This document shows, one piece after another, positions 26,425 to 34,358 of a stretch of DNA of 46,155 bases. The stretch covers positions 1 to 46,155 of the forward strand of contig JBBTVP010000007.1 in the NCBI GenBank assembly GCA_038063175.1, written 5' to 3'. Each line of letters opens with the position of its first letter. The stretch's first letter is position 1. Under the pieces are notes generated by a model. It worked only from the letters and a program-made list of their open reading frames with translations, was not told the origin of the DNA and made no database searches. Source of the DNA: Patescibacteria group bacterium. GTDB lineage: Bacteria; Patescibacteriota; Minisyncoccia; UBA6257; 1-14-0-10-40-38. The position numbers and the translations under genes are program-made.

Positions 26425-26984
26425 TTTTTGGTTCGGTCTGCGTCTTCTGATTTCCTTTTTTCTCGGGTAGCGAGCCGATCAGATTTTGCGATTTCATAAA
26501 ATTTCTTCGCACGATCAAGAATTAAAAAACCATTCAAATGGTCAACCTCATGCTGAAATACGCGCGCAAGGAATCCCCACGCTTTTATTTTCAGGGGTTT
26601 GCCGTTAGGGTCGAGCCCAGAAATAACAATGCGGGTGCTCCGTGCAACTGGTCCATAAATATCAGGCACGCTTAAACACCCTTCTTCAAGAAGGTCAGTT
26701 TCTTTCCCTTGCTTTATAATTTCGGGGTTTACCACGGCGTAGAATTTTGGTTTTCCTTTCCCGTTCGGAGGTGGCACCTCCGCGACAAAAAGACGCATAT
26801 CGAGTCCAATCTGATTTGCGGAAAGGCCTACGCCCTCTGCGTCGCGCATCATGACCCTCATATTTTTTATAAGATCTTTAAGTTGAACCCGGTTTTCTTC
26901 GGTGATATGAACGAGAGAAGTCTTTTTCCGGAGAATCTTCGGATCGGGATCCGATACGGTGACAATCAAAAGATCCTTATTCAT
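26421..26984 (-). CDS. def: Peptide deformylase
   Basis: GVGLSANQIG, EGCLSVP and QHEVDHLNG, the three canonical motifs. Confidence 0.92.
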   Translation of the reverse strand: MNKDLLIVTVSDPDPKILRKKTSLVHITEENRVQLKDLIKNMRVMMRDAEGVGLSANQIGLDMRLFVAEVPPPNGKGKPKFYAVVNPEIIKQGKETDLLEEGCLSVPDIYGPVARSTRIVISGLDPNGKPLKIKAWGFLARVFQHEVDHLNGFLILDRAKKFYEIAKSDRLATREKRKSEDADRTKK

Positions 26985-27250
26985 TTTTTAGCGTTAAGAT
27001 TCGCAATAATCCTCATGAAGTATGCGCCCTGGTTTGATATGCCCTTTTTCTCCGCTACCGACTTTGCGATGCGGAGAAGCGCGGACGCATCTTGCTCTTT
27101 TGCGAGTTTAATATAGAGGGACTTATGGAGACGATCGCCGAGAATATCAGCGATTTCGAGCCCCACTACTTGATGCTTCGCGTATGCGCGCGTTTTTTTT
27201 GAGCGCTTCGTGAGTTCCGCGAAATAATCGCTGTCGCGGAGGCGTTCCAT
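26981..27250 (-). CDS. Hypothetical small protein, first gene of the def-fmt operon
   Basis: 89-aa ORF. 4-nt overlap with the def start. Helical and basic. No family recognised. Confidence 0.5.
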   Translation of the reverse strand: MERLRDSDYFAELTKRSKKTRAYAKHQVVGLEIADILGDRLHKSLYIKLAKEQDASALLRIAKSVAEKKGISNQGAYFMRIIANLNAKK

Positions 27251-27328
27251 ACCCTAAAAGTATAAACCGATTTTCGGATTTTCCCAAGTTTTGCATTCAT
27301 ATATACTGCGTAGTAATATAGAGAACAT

Positions 27329-28579
27329 ATGTTTATGGATATACTAAAAAAACTATTTTCGAAGCGAACGATCGCGGTTTTTGTAGGTGCGGTGATCCTC
27401 GTTGGTACTGGCGGTGCATCGTATATAACCGGATATCAAAGTGGAACTGAAAATCCTAAGACGATTCGAATAGAAGGCGTAGCGAATATCGACGATCCAG
27501 ACACCACCATTGATTTCGCTTCGTTTTGGGATGCGTGGGACAAACTGAAGAGATACCACTTGAAAGCGAAGAACGCGGCGGATAAGGATTTTCTCTATAG
27601 CGCAATCGACGGACTCGCTGCGACTTTTAAAGATCCGAACACCGTCTTCTTTCCTCCAGAAGAAGCAAAAAATTTCACGCAGACCATGGAGGGTCACTTC
27701 GGGGGGATCGGGGCGGAAATCGGGCTTAATCGTTCAGACGAACTGGTCATTGTTATTCCACTCAAACGTTCACCGGCAGAACGCGCGGGGCTGAAAGGAG
27801 GCGATAAAATTTTAGAAATTAATGACATGAAAACCGACGGTATCACGATTGATGAGGCGGTTTCGAAGATTCGTGGACCGGTAGGTACCGGCGTGACACT
27901 TGCCGTGCTCCGCGAAAGCTGGGGTACACCGCGTGATATCGAAATTCAACGGGAAACAATCGTGGTGCCCACCATCGATACAGAAATCAAGGATGAAATC
28001 AGTCATGTCCGGCTCTATAACTTCAATGCAGAAGCAGGATCAGCATTCCATGTGGAAGGGTATCTGAAATCGGTAACCGAAGGCGCAAAGGGCATGATCC
28101 TCGATCTTCGCGACAATCCAGGAGGATTTCTTGAAGTTGCCGTGAATATCGCTGGCTGGTTCTTGAATCGCGGAGATATTGTTGCAATCGAGAGATTTGC
28201 GGATGGAAGTGAAGACGAATTCCGCGCAAGTGGCAACGAAGCACTCAAAGATATGCCGCTCGTAATCATCGTGAACGAAAATTCCGCTTCTGCATCGGAA
28301 ATTCTCGCAGGAGCAATCAAAGATCACCGAGGTATCACTATTATTGGAGAACACAAACAAACGTATGGGAAAGGCACGGTGCAGGAAGTTCACCCACTCT
28401 CGGGTAATAGCGGTTCGCTTAAAATAACCGTTGGTGAATGGCTTCGACCAAGTAGGCAGAGTATCGAAAAAGTGGGTATCACTCCGGATCTCGTAGTTCC
28501 AGTCAGTGAAGATGATGTGCTTGCGGGACGTGATCCGGCGCTCGACCGGGCGTTCCAAATACTTAAAACGAAGATTTAG
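27329..28579 (+). CDS. Carboxy-terminal processing protease (peptidase S41) with PDZ domain
   Basis: N-terminal TM helix. GGIGAEIG. PDZ: GLKGGDKILEINDMKTDG. Catalytic NENSASASEILAGA and YGKGTVQ. Confidence 0.88.
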   Translation: MFMDILKKLFSKRTIAVFVGAVILVGTGGASYITGYQSGTENPKTIRIEGVANIDDPDTTIDFASFWDAWDKLKRYHLKAKNAADKDFLYSAIDGLAATFKDPNTVFFPPEEAKNFTQTMEGHFGGIGAEIGLNRSDELVIVIPLKRSPAERAGLKGGDKILEINDMKTDGITIDEAVSKIRGPVGTGVTLAVLRESWGTPRDIEIQRETIVVPTIDTEIKDEISHVRLYNFNAEAGSAFHVEGYLKSVTEGAKGMILDLRDNPGGFLEVAVNIAGWFLNRGDIVAIERFADGSEDEFRASGNEALKDMPLVIIVNENSASASEILAGAIKDHRGITIIGEHKQTYGKGTVQEVHPLSGNSGSLKITVGEWLRPSRQSIEKVGITPDLVVPVSEDDVLAGRDPALDRAFQILKTKI

Positions 28580-28585
28580 CTCCCT

Positions 28586-29023
28586 ATGAAAGTGCTACTC
28601 CTCAAAGACGTGAAGGGGGTAGGTCGGAAAATGGAAGTGAAAGATGTTTCTGACGGATACGCACGGAATTTTCTTATCGCCCGTGGTTTTGCAACTCCGG
28701 CAGATAAAGCCGCGCTCGGGGTGCGTGGAGAATACGCTCGTAAGGAATCCGAAACAAAAGCCAAGTATCAAAAACTTGCCCAGGAAATCTCTGCTCAAGT
28801 TTTTGTGTTTGAGGTAAGGGTAGGATCAAGAGGGGAAATATTTGGATCGGTAACTACGAAGGATATTTTGGCAAAAATCGGGGCACGGGGAGCGGGCGAT
28901 GCGGAAGTTCAGCTCGAAAAGCCAATCCGAGAAATTGGCGTTCATAAAGTGCCTATCAAATTCCCGACGGGAATTCCAGGAACGCTTACTATTTCGCTCC
29001 TCGCAGTACGCTCACGAGCTTAA
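28586..29023 (+). CDS. rplI: 50S ribosomal protein L9
   Basis: [36 protein letters not shown] is the canonical L9 N-domain. 145 aa. Confidence 0.9.
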   Translation: MKVLLLKDVKGVGRKMEVKDVSDGYARNFLIARGFATPADKAALGVRGEYARKESETKAKYQKLAQEISAQVFVFEVRVGSRGEIFGSVTTKDILAKIGARGAGDAEVQLEKPIREIGVHKVPIKFPTGIPGTLTISLLAVRSRA

Positions 29024-29273
29024 TGCCACGGCGAGAACCGTCGAATTTAGTCTTATTTCGGCTCGCGATTTTCACCGTACCCGAAAGCACTGCGTAGAGG
29101 GTGTCATCGCCCGCGCGTTTCACATTCCGGCCAGGCACAAAGTAAGTACCGCGCTGACGCACGATCACCTCGCCATTCCGGACTGCCTGTCCGTCGTTTT
29201 TCTTAATACCGAGACGCTTTGAAATAGAATCGCGTCCAAGTTTTGTTGAACCACCAGATTTAGTATGTGCCAT
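28989..29273 (-). CDS. rpmA: 50S ribosomal protein L27
   Basis: [31 protein letters not shown]...IVRQRGT matches L27. Its 3' end overlaps the rplI 3' end by 35 nt. Confidence 0.9.
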   Translation of the reverse strand: MAHTKSGGSTKLGRDSISKRLGIKKNDGQAVRNGEVIVRQRGTYFVPGRNVKRAGDDTLYAVLSGTVKIASRNKTKFDGSRRGIKLVSVLRGAK

Positions 29274-29292
29274 ATTTGCCTAAATTTTTTCA

Positions 29293-29369
29293 AAATTTAG
29301 CTGCAAATATGAGCATCCGCCGAATCCGCCGGCTGGCGGAGAAGGTGGATGCCCACCGCTGCTAAATTT
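29293..29369 (+). other. 77-nt three-tier stem structure in the rpmA/exonuclease divergent intergenic region
   Basis: aaatttagc (29293-29301) / gctaaattt (29361-29369). gcatccgcc (29313-29321) / ggtggatgc (29344-29352, one G-U on the + strand). tccgcc-ggct-ggcgga (29325-29340). Confidence 0.5.
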
Positions 29370-29396
29370 ATTGAGGAAGTATAGTATACTATCCCC

Positions 29397-30119
29397 ATGC
29401 CGTCAACCTTAAAAAAACTGGTATTTGATATAGAAACGATTGGTGAAGATTTCAGTACGCTCGACAAAACAACGCAGGATTCGCTTACCCGATGGATTGA
29501 AAAAGAAGCCGGGGATAAGCAGGAATATGGGCTTCTTCTCGATGATTTGAAAAATGAACTTGGGTTCTCGCCACTCACCGGTTCCATTGTGGCAATTGGA
29601 GTGTTAGACGTTGATGCGGGCAAAGGCGGAGTGTACTACCAGTCACCAGACAAAAAAGCGGAACGATTCGAAGAAGATGGGGTAACGTATGAGGCGATGG
29701 ACGAAAAGGGAATTACGCGAAAATTTTGGGATATTGCAGAGCAGTACCAGGTATTTATTACGTTCAATGGCAGAAGTTTTGATGTGCCGTTTCTCCTAGT
29801 CCGGTCAGCGATACACGGGATACGCGCCACAAAAGATTTAATGAAAGGGCGGTATCTCTACCAGCAGCACGCGGATGCAATTCACATTGATCTTCTTGAC
29901 CAACTCTCTTTTTACGGAGCAATGCGGAGAAAAGGGAATCTTCATCTTTGGACAAGGGCATTTGGTATTCAAAGTCCGAAAGCGGGAGGAATCACCGGTG
30001 ACGATGTTTCGCTCCTTTTTAAAAAGAAAAAATACATCGATATCGCGCGCTACAACGCGCGTGATCTTGAAGCAACAAAAGAACTCTACAAAAAGTGGGA
30101 AGATTACCTAAATTTTTAA
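29397..30119 (+). CDS. RNase H-fold 3'-5' exonuclease (PolB-exonuclease-like)
   Basis: LVFDIETIG (Exo I), FNGRSFDVPFL (Exo II), YNARDLEATKELY (Exo III). Confidence 0.75.
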   Translation: MPSTLKKLVFDIETIGEDFSTLDKTTQDSLTRWIEKEAGDKQEYGLLLDDLKNELGFSPLTGSIVAIGVLDVDAGKGGVYYQSPDKKAERFEEDGVTYEAMDEKGITRKFWDIAEQYQVFITFNGRSFDVPFLLVRSAIHGIRATKDLMKGRYLYQQHADAIHIDLLDQLSFYGAMRRKGNLHLWTRAFGIQSPKAGGITGDDVSLLFKKKKYIDIARYNARDLEATKELYKKWEDYLNF

Positions 30120-30145
30120 GTGAAACGTAGAAGGTAAATGGTGGA

Positions 30146-30325
30146 ATGGAACAAATAGAAAACGCCATGTTTGATAAAATTAAAAGTTGGTTTCATGAAC
30201 ACAAGCGCGAGGTGGTGCTTTTCCTTTTCATATTTCTTGTGTCAACGATAAGTTTTGGGGTTGGGTATCTTATGGGATTAGACCAAAGCCGGGCGCCGAT
30301 TGTGATTGAGAAAATAGCGGAATAG
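30146..30325 (+). CDS. Possible small membrane protein (59 aa, below the ORF-track cutoff)
   Basis: MEQIENAMFDKIKSWFHEHKREVVLFLFIFLVSTISFGVGYLMGLDQSRAPIVIEKIAE. One clear TM helix. ggtgg lies just upstream of the ATG. Confidence 0.4.
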   Translation: MEQIENAMFDKIKSWFHEHKREVVLFLFIFLVSTISFGVGYLMGLDQSRAPIVIEKIAE

Positions 30326-30360
30326 CGACAAGGATAATGTGACATGCGACAAGAGAAGCG

Positions 30361-30400
30361 GATAAATTGTAAAGCGCCGATGCAGGGAGTGCAGCGGCGC
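30361..30400 (-). terminator. Probable terminator of the 31116-30427 minus-strand gene pair
   Basis: Stem gcgccgatgca (30374-30384) / tgcagcggcgc (30390-30400) with 1 mismatch, loop gggag. On the minus strand it is followed by tttacaattt. Confidence 0.5.
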
Positions 30401-30426
30401 TTCGGCGTAGCGCGTCCAGAGACGTT

Positions 30427-30615
30427 TCACTTCTTCGGTAGTTCGGTTTTCGCCGCGACTCCTTTTATGATCACTTCGCATTCTCTTTGAAGTTCCGGAT
30501 CGTCTCGTAAGACTTCCCGAATGGATAGCAAGAATGCCACCATGCGAAGATCGAGTTTTTTTCTCTCTCTTACTCGATGAGTTGCAGATGTTTTGCCAGT
30601 TTTTCTCTTGGCCAC
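30427..30615 (-). CDS. Hypothetical small basic protein
   Basis: 62-aa ORF downstream of, and on the same strand as, the 3D-domain gene. No homology recognised. Confidence 0.4.
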   Translation of the reverse strand: MAKRKTGKTSATHRVRERKKLDLRMVAFLLSIREVLRDDPELQRECEVIIKGVAAKTELPKK

Positions 30616-30642
30616 GGGTACCTCCGGTTCAGGGACTTTTGG

Positions 30643-31116
30643 TCAGATTCTTGGAGTTGAGATGATCGAGACTTGAAGCCGCTTCACGCCCCACGCGCGA
30701 GCTTCCTTGTGTGTGGGAAAGCGAAGATCGATGTGATATTCGCCATCGCTTGTGCTTTGCCGCATCGCGCCTCCAGTGTCGTCCACGATCCGTGTTCCAG
30801 CACCAGGGACTAGAAGGATTGTTCCGTAGGAGAGTACGGATGGATCTGTGGCAGCTCCGCCGGGATCAGATGCCTTTCGGCCAAGCTTTACCTCGCGATC
30901 CGGTCCAAGCTCTGCCCAACTACCACAGCAGTCGGTGCATGGGCAATAGGCAGTGATTGTCATCGGGATGATCTGCCGATTGGGCTCGGTGACCCCCTGT
31001 TCTTCTTGTGAGGTTGGCCAGTTGCCCGCAACCATCGCAATGATCTGCGACAGGAGCACTACCCCCGCAGTGAAATCGACGACGAGCACAAACGCTACGC
31101 GAAGCCATGAACGCAT
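30643..31116 (-). CDS. 3D-domain (MltA/RlpA-like double-psi beta-barrel) protein with N-terminal membrane anchor
   Basis: ITAYCPCTDCCG...AATDPSVLSYGTILLVPGAGTRIVDDTGGAM...HIDLRF matches the 3D (Asp-Asp-Asp) domain seen in cell-wall-active and phage proteins. Confidence 0.7.
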   Translation of the reverse strand: MRSWLRVAFVLVVDFTAGVVLLSQIIAMVAGNWPTSQEEQGVTEPNRQIIPMTITAYCPCTDCCGSWAELGPDREVKLGRKASDPGGAATDPSVLSYGTILLVPGAGTRIVDDTGGAMRQSTSDGEYHIDLRFPTHKEARAWGVKRLQVSIISTPRI

Positions 31117-31182
31117 AGAAGCTCCTTCTTCTCTGGTGGGTTTTCAGCGTACCGTGCAAAAGTATATGACAAACAATGGCTA

Positions 31183-31211
31183 TTGTCAAATCCTGCAAAT
31201 GGCGCTATAGT
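31183..31211 (+). promoter_or_regulatory. Sigma70-like promoter of rnpB
   Basis: TTGTCA (31183-31188), a 17-nt spacer, TATAGT (31206-31211). The predicted transcription start, near 31217-31218, coincides with the first base of the P1 5' strand. Confidence 0.6.
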
Positions 31212-31216
31212 TGCAT

Positions 31217-31860
31217 ACGGTAGTTCAGGCGCTACCCCCCTCCCTCAGACTATGTACTACGTGTATGTTCTGCAAAGTCTGAAAGATGGTAAGTTGTATA
31301 TCGGATACACCGCCGATCTTCGACAACGCTTTCAGGAACATCAGCAGGGACATTCTCGGGCAACCGCTTATCGCCGTCCATGGCATTTGTCGTACTACGA
31401 AGCCTATGACTCGGTTGATGACGCACGTGCGCGAGAAAGGCAACTGAAAAGATTTAAGTCAGCGTACGGTCAACTCAAAAAACGTCTCACCAAAAGCCTG
31501 AAGCTTAGATACATAGATTGAGGGAGGGGGGAGGAAAGTCCGGACACCCATCCGCCGATGAGGCGGAATAGGTAGCGGGTAACGCCCGCCAGCAGTAATG
31601 CAGAGGTGCGAACAGTGACGCCGCGTGGCGAAAGCTTTACGCGGGAGCCCTATCCCAAGCTTGATGGCTCAATTCCGCTATAGGGATGACAAAGCGGAGG
31701 TGCAACGGCTAAATCCTTACCTGGGTGCAAGGCCGTGTCCTCCGTAGCTTTATGCGAAGGAGGAAGTGCCGCTACAGGCGTAGAGCAATCTACGTCGCAG
31801 ATAAATTGCCGCCGCCCGCCGATGAGGCGGGAACAGAATCCGGCTTACGAACTACCGCAC
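31217..31860 (+). ncRNA. rnpB: RNase P RNA (bacterial type A) with a 273-nt insertion in the P3 loop
   Basis: GAGGAAAGTCCGGAC (31531-45), GGGTAACGCC (31577-86), GCAAGGCC, AGATAAAT and ACAGAATCCGGCTTAC (31833-48). P1: cggtagttc (31218-26) / gaactaccg (31849-57). P3: cccccctccctc (31235-46) / gagggagggggg (31520-31). Confidence 0.88.
31252..31521 (+). CDS. Small GIY-YIG (URI-domain) nuclease, encoded inside the rnpB P3 loop
   Basis: MYYVYVLQSLKDGKLYIGYTADLRQRFQEHQQG...YYEAY...ARERQLK has the GIY...YIG...R...E motifs of the roughly 90-aa stand-alone GIY-YIG family. The ORF-track start at 31183 is a TTG inside the promoter -35 box. Confidence 0.8.
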   Translation: MYYVYVLQSLKDGKLYIGYTADLRQRFQEHQQGHSRATAYRRPWHLSYYEAYDSVDDARARERQLKRFKSAYGQLKKRLTKSLKLRYID

Positions 31861-31862
31861 AA

Positions 31863-31895
31863 CTGCCCCGACTTCGGTCGGGGCAGTTTGTATGT
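31863..31895 (+). terminator. Intrinsic terminator of rnpB (also abuts the rnhA 3' end)
   Basis: ctgccccgac (31863-72), ttcg loop, gtcggggcag (31877-86), then tttgtatgttgt. Confidence 0.85.
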
Positions 31896-31899
31896 TGTA

Positions 31900-32355
31900 T
31901 CAGAGAAGACGTGGTGCGTCTTCGGAGGGGATGGGCGATCCATCGAGTGCCTGGTTCACCATTTTATCTGCCTCCTTATTTTCTTCCCGGGGGATTTTTT
32001 TAAACGTTACGGATTTAAAATCCTGAATAAGATTCCACGCCTCTATAAAAAGAGTTTGAAGTTCTGGTTCGAGGATTTTATATTGTCCGCCGATCTGTTT
32101 GTATATAAGTTCTGAATCAAGACGAAGTTCGACGTCGGTTTTTTTAGCTTCAGTTTTTCCTAAAAGCTGCTTCGCCTTTTTCAGTGCCGCAATGACCGCT
32201 TTGTATTCGGCAACATTGTTTGTAGTGTTGCCAATCACTTCACCATAACGACGACCCCCGACAATATAGCCGATTGCGGCAGGACCCGGGTTTCCCCTTG
32301 CGCCGCCATCGGTTGAAATAAGGAGCTTTGCGTCAGTAAAAAGTTTTTCGTCCAT
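31900..32355 (-). CDS. rnhA: Ribonuclease HI
   Basis: STDGGARGNPGPAAIGY, NNVAEYKAVIAAL, LDSELIYKQ and EENKEADKMVNQA carry the DEDD catalytic residues of type 1 RNase H. Confidence 0.85.
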   Translation of the reverse strand: MDEKLFTDAKLLISTDGGARGNPGPAAIGYIVGGRRYGEVIGNTTNNVAEYKAVIAALKKAKQLLGKTEAKKTDVELRLDSELIYKQIGGQYKILEPELQTLFIEAWNLIQDFKSVTFKKIPREENKEADKMVNQALDGSPIPSEDAPRLL

Positions 32356-32358
32356 GGT

Positions 32359-33198
32359 TTAAGCAATAACTCTCCAGGGAAGGTTTTCGCCTTTTTTAAG
32401 AAGAAAACCGGCAGCATTCCGATGACCACCCCCCCCATATTTGCGCGCAATTCGCGTTACATCGACGTTTCCTTCGGATCGAAGAGAAACCCTTAACCCT
32501 TGCGAAAATTGATGCCAGACCACGCCTATGCGCGAGGAACTCATAAGCGCAAGTTCATGTCCTAATTCCGAGGCAAAAATAGAAGAATTGACCGCGTAAC
32601 AGGTTTTTCTGTGCCATGTAACACGCACCGCCCTCGTAAGAATACGACGCATAAGTGCTTCCTCATATTCGCGCATCGCTTTTCCCTTTTCGATAAGGCG
32701 TTTTCGAATATGGGGATGTTCGAAATTTGTTACAAACCGATCCCACGCCTTGAATTCATGCGGGATGAGCTCAAAAAGAACCGAGACAACTTTTGTATTT
32801 GGGAGACTAAATTTCCAAAGATCAACATCTTCGACGTAGCGTAAAAAGAGAGGAACCTGTTTCTTGGGGTGAAAATAATGCCAGGCGAGCACCGCACCAG
32901 AACGGTTGAGTGCAAAATGCTTCTCATCCGCGAGATTCGCAGAAGGTTCCGCCATCCGGTGGTGATCAATCGCGATGACTCGCGCTGCTTCCCTTACCAC
33001 TTTTTCCATCACCGGAACCGGAAACGAAAAATCTATAATATAAATCGTCCGACCTTTCAGATTTTTAGGAAGAGGCGCTTGGTGGTGTGCGGCGATATAG
33101 TCCGCACGATTCCCGAATTTTTTCCAGGCAGCCCATCCGCCACTCATGCCGTCCGGACAATCGGCATGGTAGATCACAACCGGGCGTTTCATGCCCAA
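32359..33198 (-). CDS. DHH/DHHA1-family phosphoesterase
   Basis: HADCPDGMSGG, IAIDHH and a C-terminal GGGHRNAAGF. Confidence 0.75.
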   Translation of the reverse strand: MGMKRPVVIYHADCPDGMSGGWAAWKKFGNRADYIAAHHQAPLPKNLKGRTIYIIDFSFPVPVMEKVVREAARVIAIDHHRMAEPSANLADEKHFALNRSGAVLAWHYFHPKKQVPLFLRYVEDVDLWKFSLPNTKVVSVLFELIPHEFKAWDRFVTNFEHPHIRKRLIEKGKAMREYEEALMRRILTRAVRVTWHRKTCYAVNSSIFASELGHELALMSSSRIGVVWHQFSQGLRVSLRSEGNVDVTRIARKYGGGGHRNAAGFLLKKGENLPWRVIA

Positions 33199-33201
33199 AG
33201 G

Positions 33202-34332
33202 TTACCTTAATTTCTTGGTTTTTTCCAGTGCGGCAAGACCAGGCAAAGTTTTTCCAGAAAGGTATTCAAGCATAGCTCCTCCGCCGGTCGAGAGGAATCC
33301 AACCCGCTTCGTAAGACCAAGTGCGTGCATAAGTTGGGTGGTCTCACCGCCACCCACCACAGAAAAAGCTTCACTTTTTACAATTGCTTTTGCGATCGCT
33401 GCAGATCCGATCCGGAACTTATCCCGCTCGAAATATCCAAGCGGCCCATTCCAGAAGATGGTTTTTGCGTCCGCAATTTCTTTCTGGTATGCCGCGATGG
33501 TTCGGGGGCCGACATCAAACATTTTCCCGCTTTGCCAGACAAAATCTACGGGGAGCACGATATTTTTTTCTCGGAGGAGCTTTTTCGTGGCGGGAAGCAT
33601 GCTTGTTTCGACAATTGATGTTCCAATGTCGAAACCGCTCGCCTTAAGAAAAGTATTTGCAGGAACTCCACCTAAGAGAATCCGGTGTGCACGCGCGAGA
33701 AAATGAGTAAGCACCCCAATCTTATCCGATGCCTTGGCTCCTCCGAGGATAATCACAAGGCGGTCATCATGATTTTTCTTGAAATCGTTCAGTCCGAGAA
33801 GTTCTTTTTCAAGGAGGAGACCTGCCACCGACGGTAAAAGCCCGGGAAGTCCGGTTACCGAGGCATTCGCACGGTGTGATACCGAGAACGCGTCGTTTAT
33901 GAAGAAATCACCGAGGAGTGCAAGTTTTTTTGCAAATGCGGGATCATTCGTTTCCTCCCCAGGATCAAAACGCAAGTTCTCAATAAGGAAAATAGATTTC
34001 GGAGCAGCCGCATCTATTTTTCTTCGCGTGTCGTCTCCGATTTTTGATATGAAACGAACCGGACGCCCAAGATTTCGCTCGAGAAACAAGCGAACAGAGC
34101 GCAAGCTAAGTTTCTTCTGGTCGCGGAGTGATCGGGGTCTGCCCCGATGGCTGATAATGACGATTTTTACATTTGCGGCGATGAGAAATTTAAAGGTGGG
34201 GAGCGATGCGCGCAGCCGAAAACTCTCTTCCTGGTTTTCAACGTTAAAATCTACGCGAATAAGGGCTGTTTTCCCGCGAATTAAGGCCGGAAGCGTGTGC
34301 GATAGATATTGCATAATAGAAAAGGCGTACAT
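33202..34332 (-). CDS. pgk: Phosphoglycerate kinase
   Basis: IRVDFNV, ISHRGRP, FINDAFSVSHRANAS, WNGPLG and VVGGGET. Confidence 0.92.
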   Translation of the reverse strand: MYAFSIMQYLSHTLPALIRGKTALIRVDFNVENQEESFRLRASLPTFKFLIAANVKIVIISHRGRPRSLRDQKKLSLRSVRLFLERNLGRPVRFISKIGDDTRRKIDAAAPKSIFLIENLRFDPGEETNDPAFAKKLALLGDFFINDAFSVSHRANASVTGLPGLLPSVAGLLLEKELLGLNDFKKNHDDRLVIILGGAKASDKIGVLTHFLARAHRILLGGVPANTFLKASGFDIGTSIVETSMLPATKKLLREKNIVLPVDFVWQSGKMFDVGPRTIAAYQKEIADAKTIFWNGPLGYFERDKFRIGSAAIAKAIVKSEAFSVVGGGETTQLMHALGLTKRVGFLSTGGGAMLEYLSGKTLPGLAALEKTKKLR

Positions 34333-34358
34333 TGCGGAACGCCCTTTAGTTAGTAAAA

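Noticed and set aside
30330-31180. The 3D-domain gene pair as a GC-rich horizontally acquired islet next to rnpB, flanked by a 9-nt repeat cggtagttc (30436 and 31218).
   Set aside because: My hand count of one 60-nt line here gave 35/60 G+C, against 21/60 in the adjacent exonuclease gene. But lines in pyrG and pgk are also about 35/60, so composition varies gene to gene and is not diagnostic. The left repeat copy lies inside an ORF. The right copy is separated from the gene pair by the rnpB promoter. A 9-mer match is within chance.
31183-31251. The ORF-track N-terminal extension of the GIY-YIG ORF (TTG at 31183). If real, the ORF would begin outside the RNase P RNA.
   Set aside because: The extension (MSNPANGAIVAYGSSGATPLPQT) starts on a TTG that is the -35 hexamer of the rnpB promoter, and it runs through P1-P3. 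The family's conserved N-terminus (MYYVY...) begins at the ATG at 31252.
31725-32115. ORFs 31725-32003 and 31735-32115 (92 and 126 aa).
   Set aside because: They lie within the 3' half of RNase P RNA and its terminator, and opposite rnhA. Their translations are Arg/Cys-rich with no coding signature.
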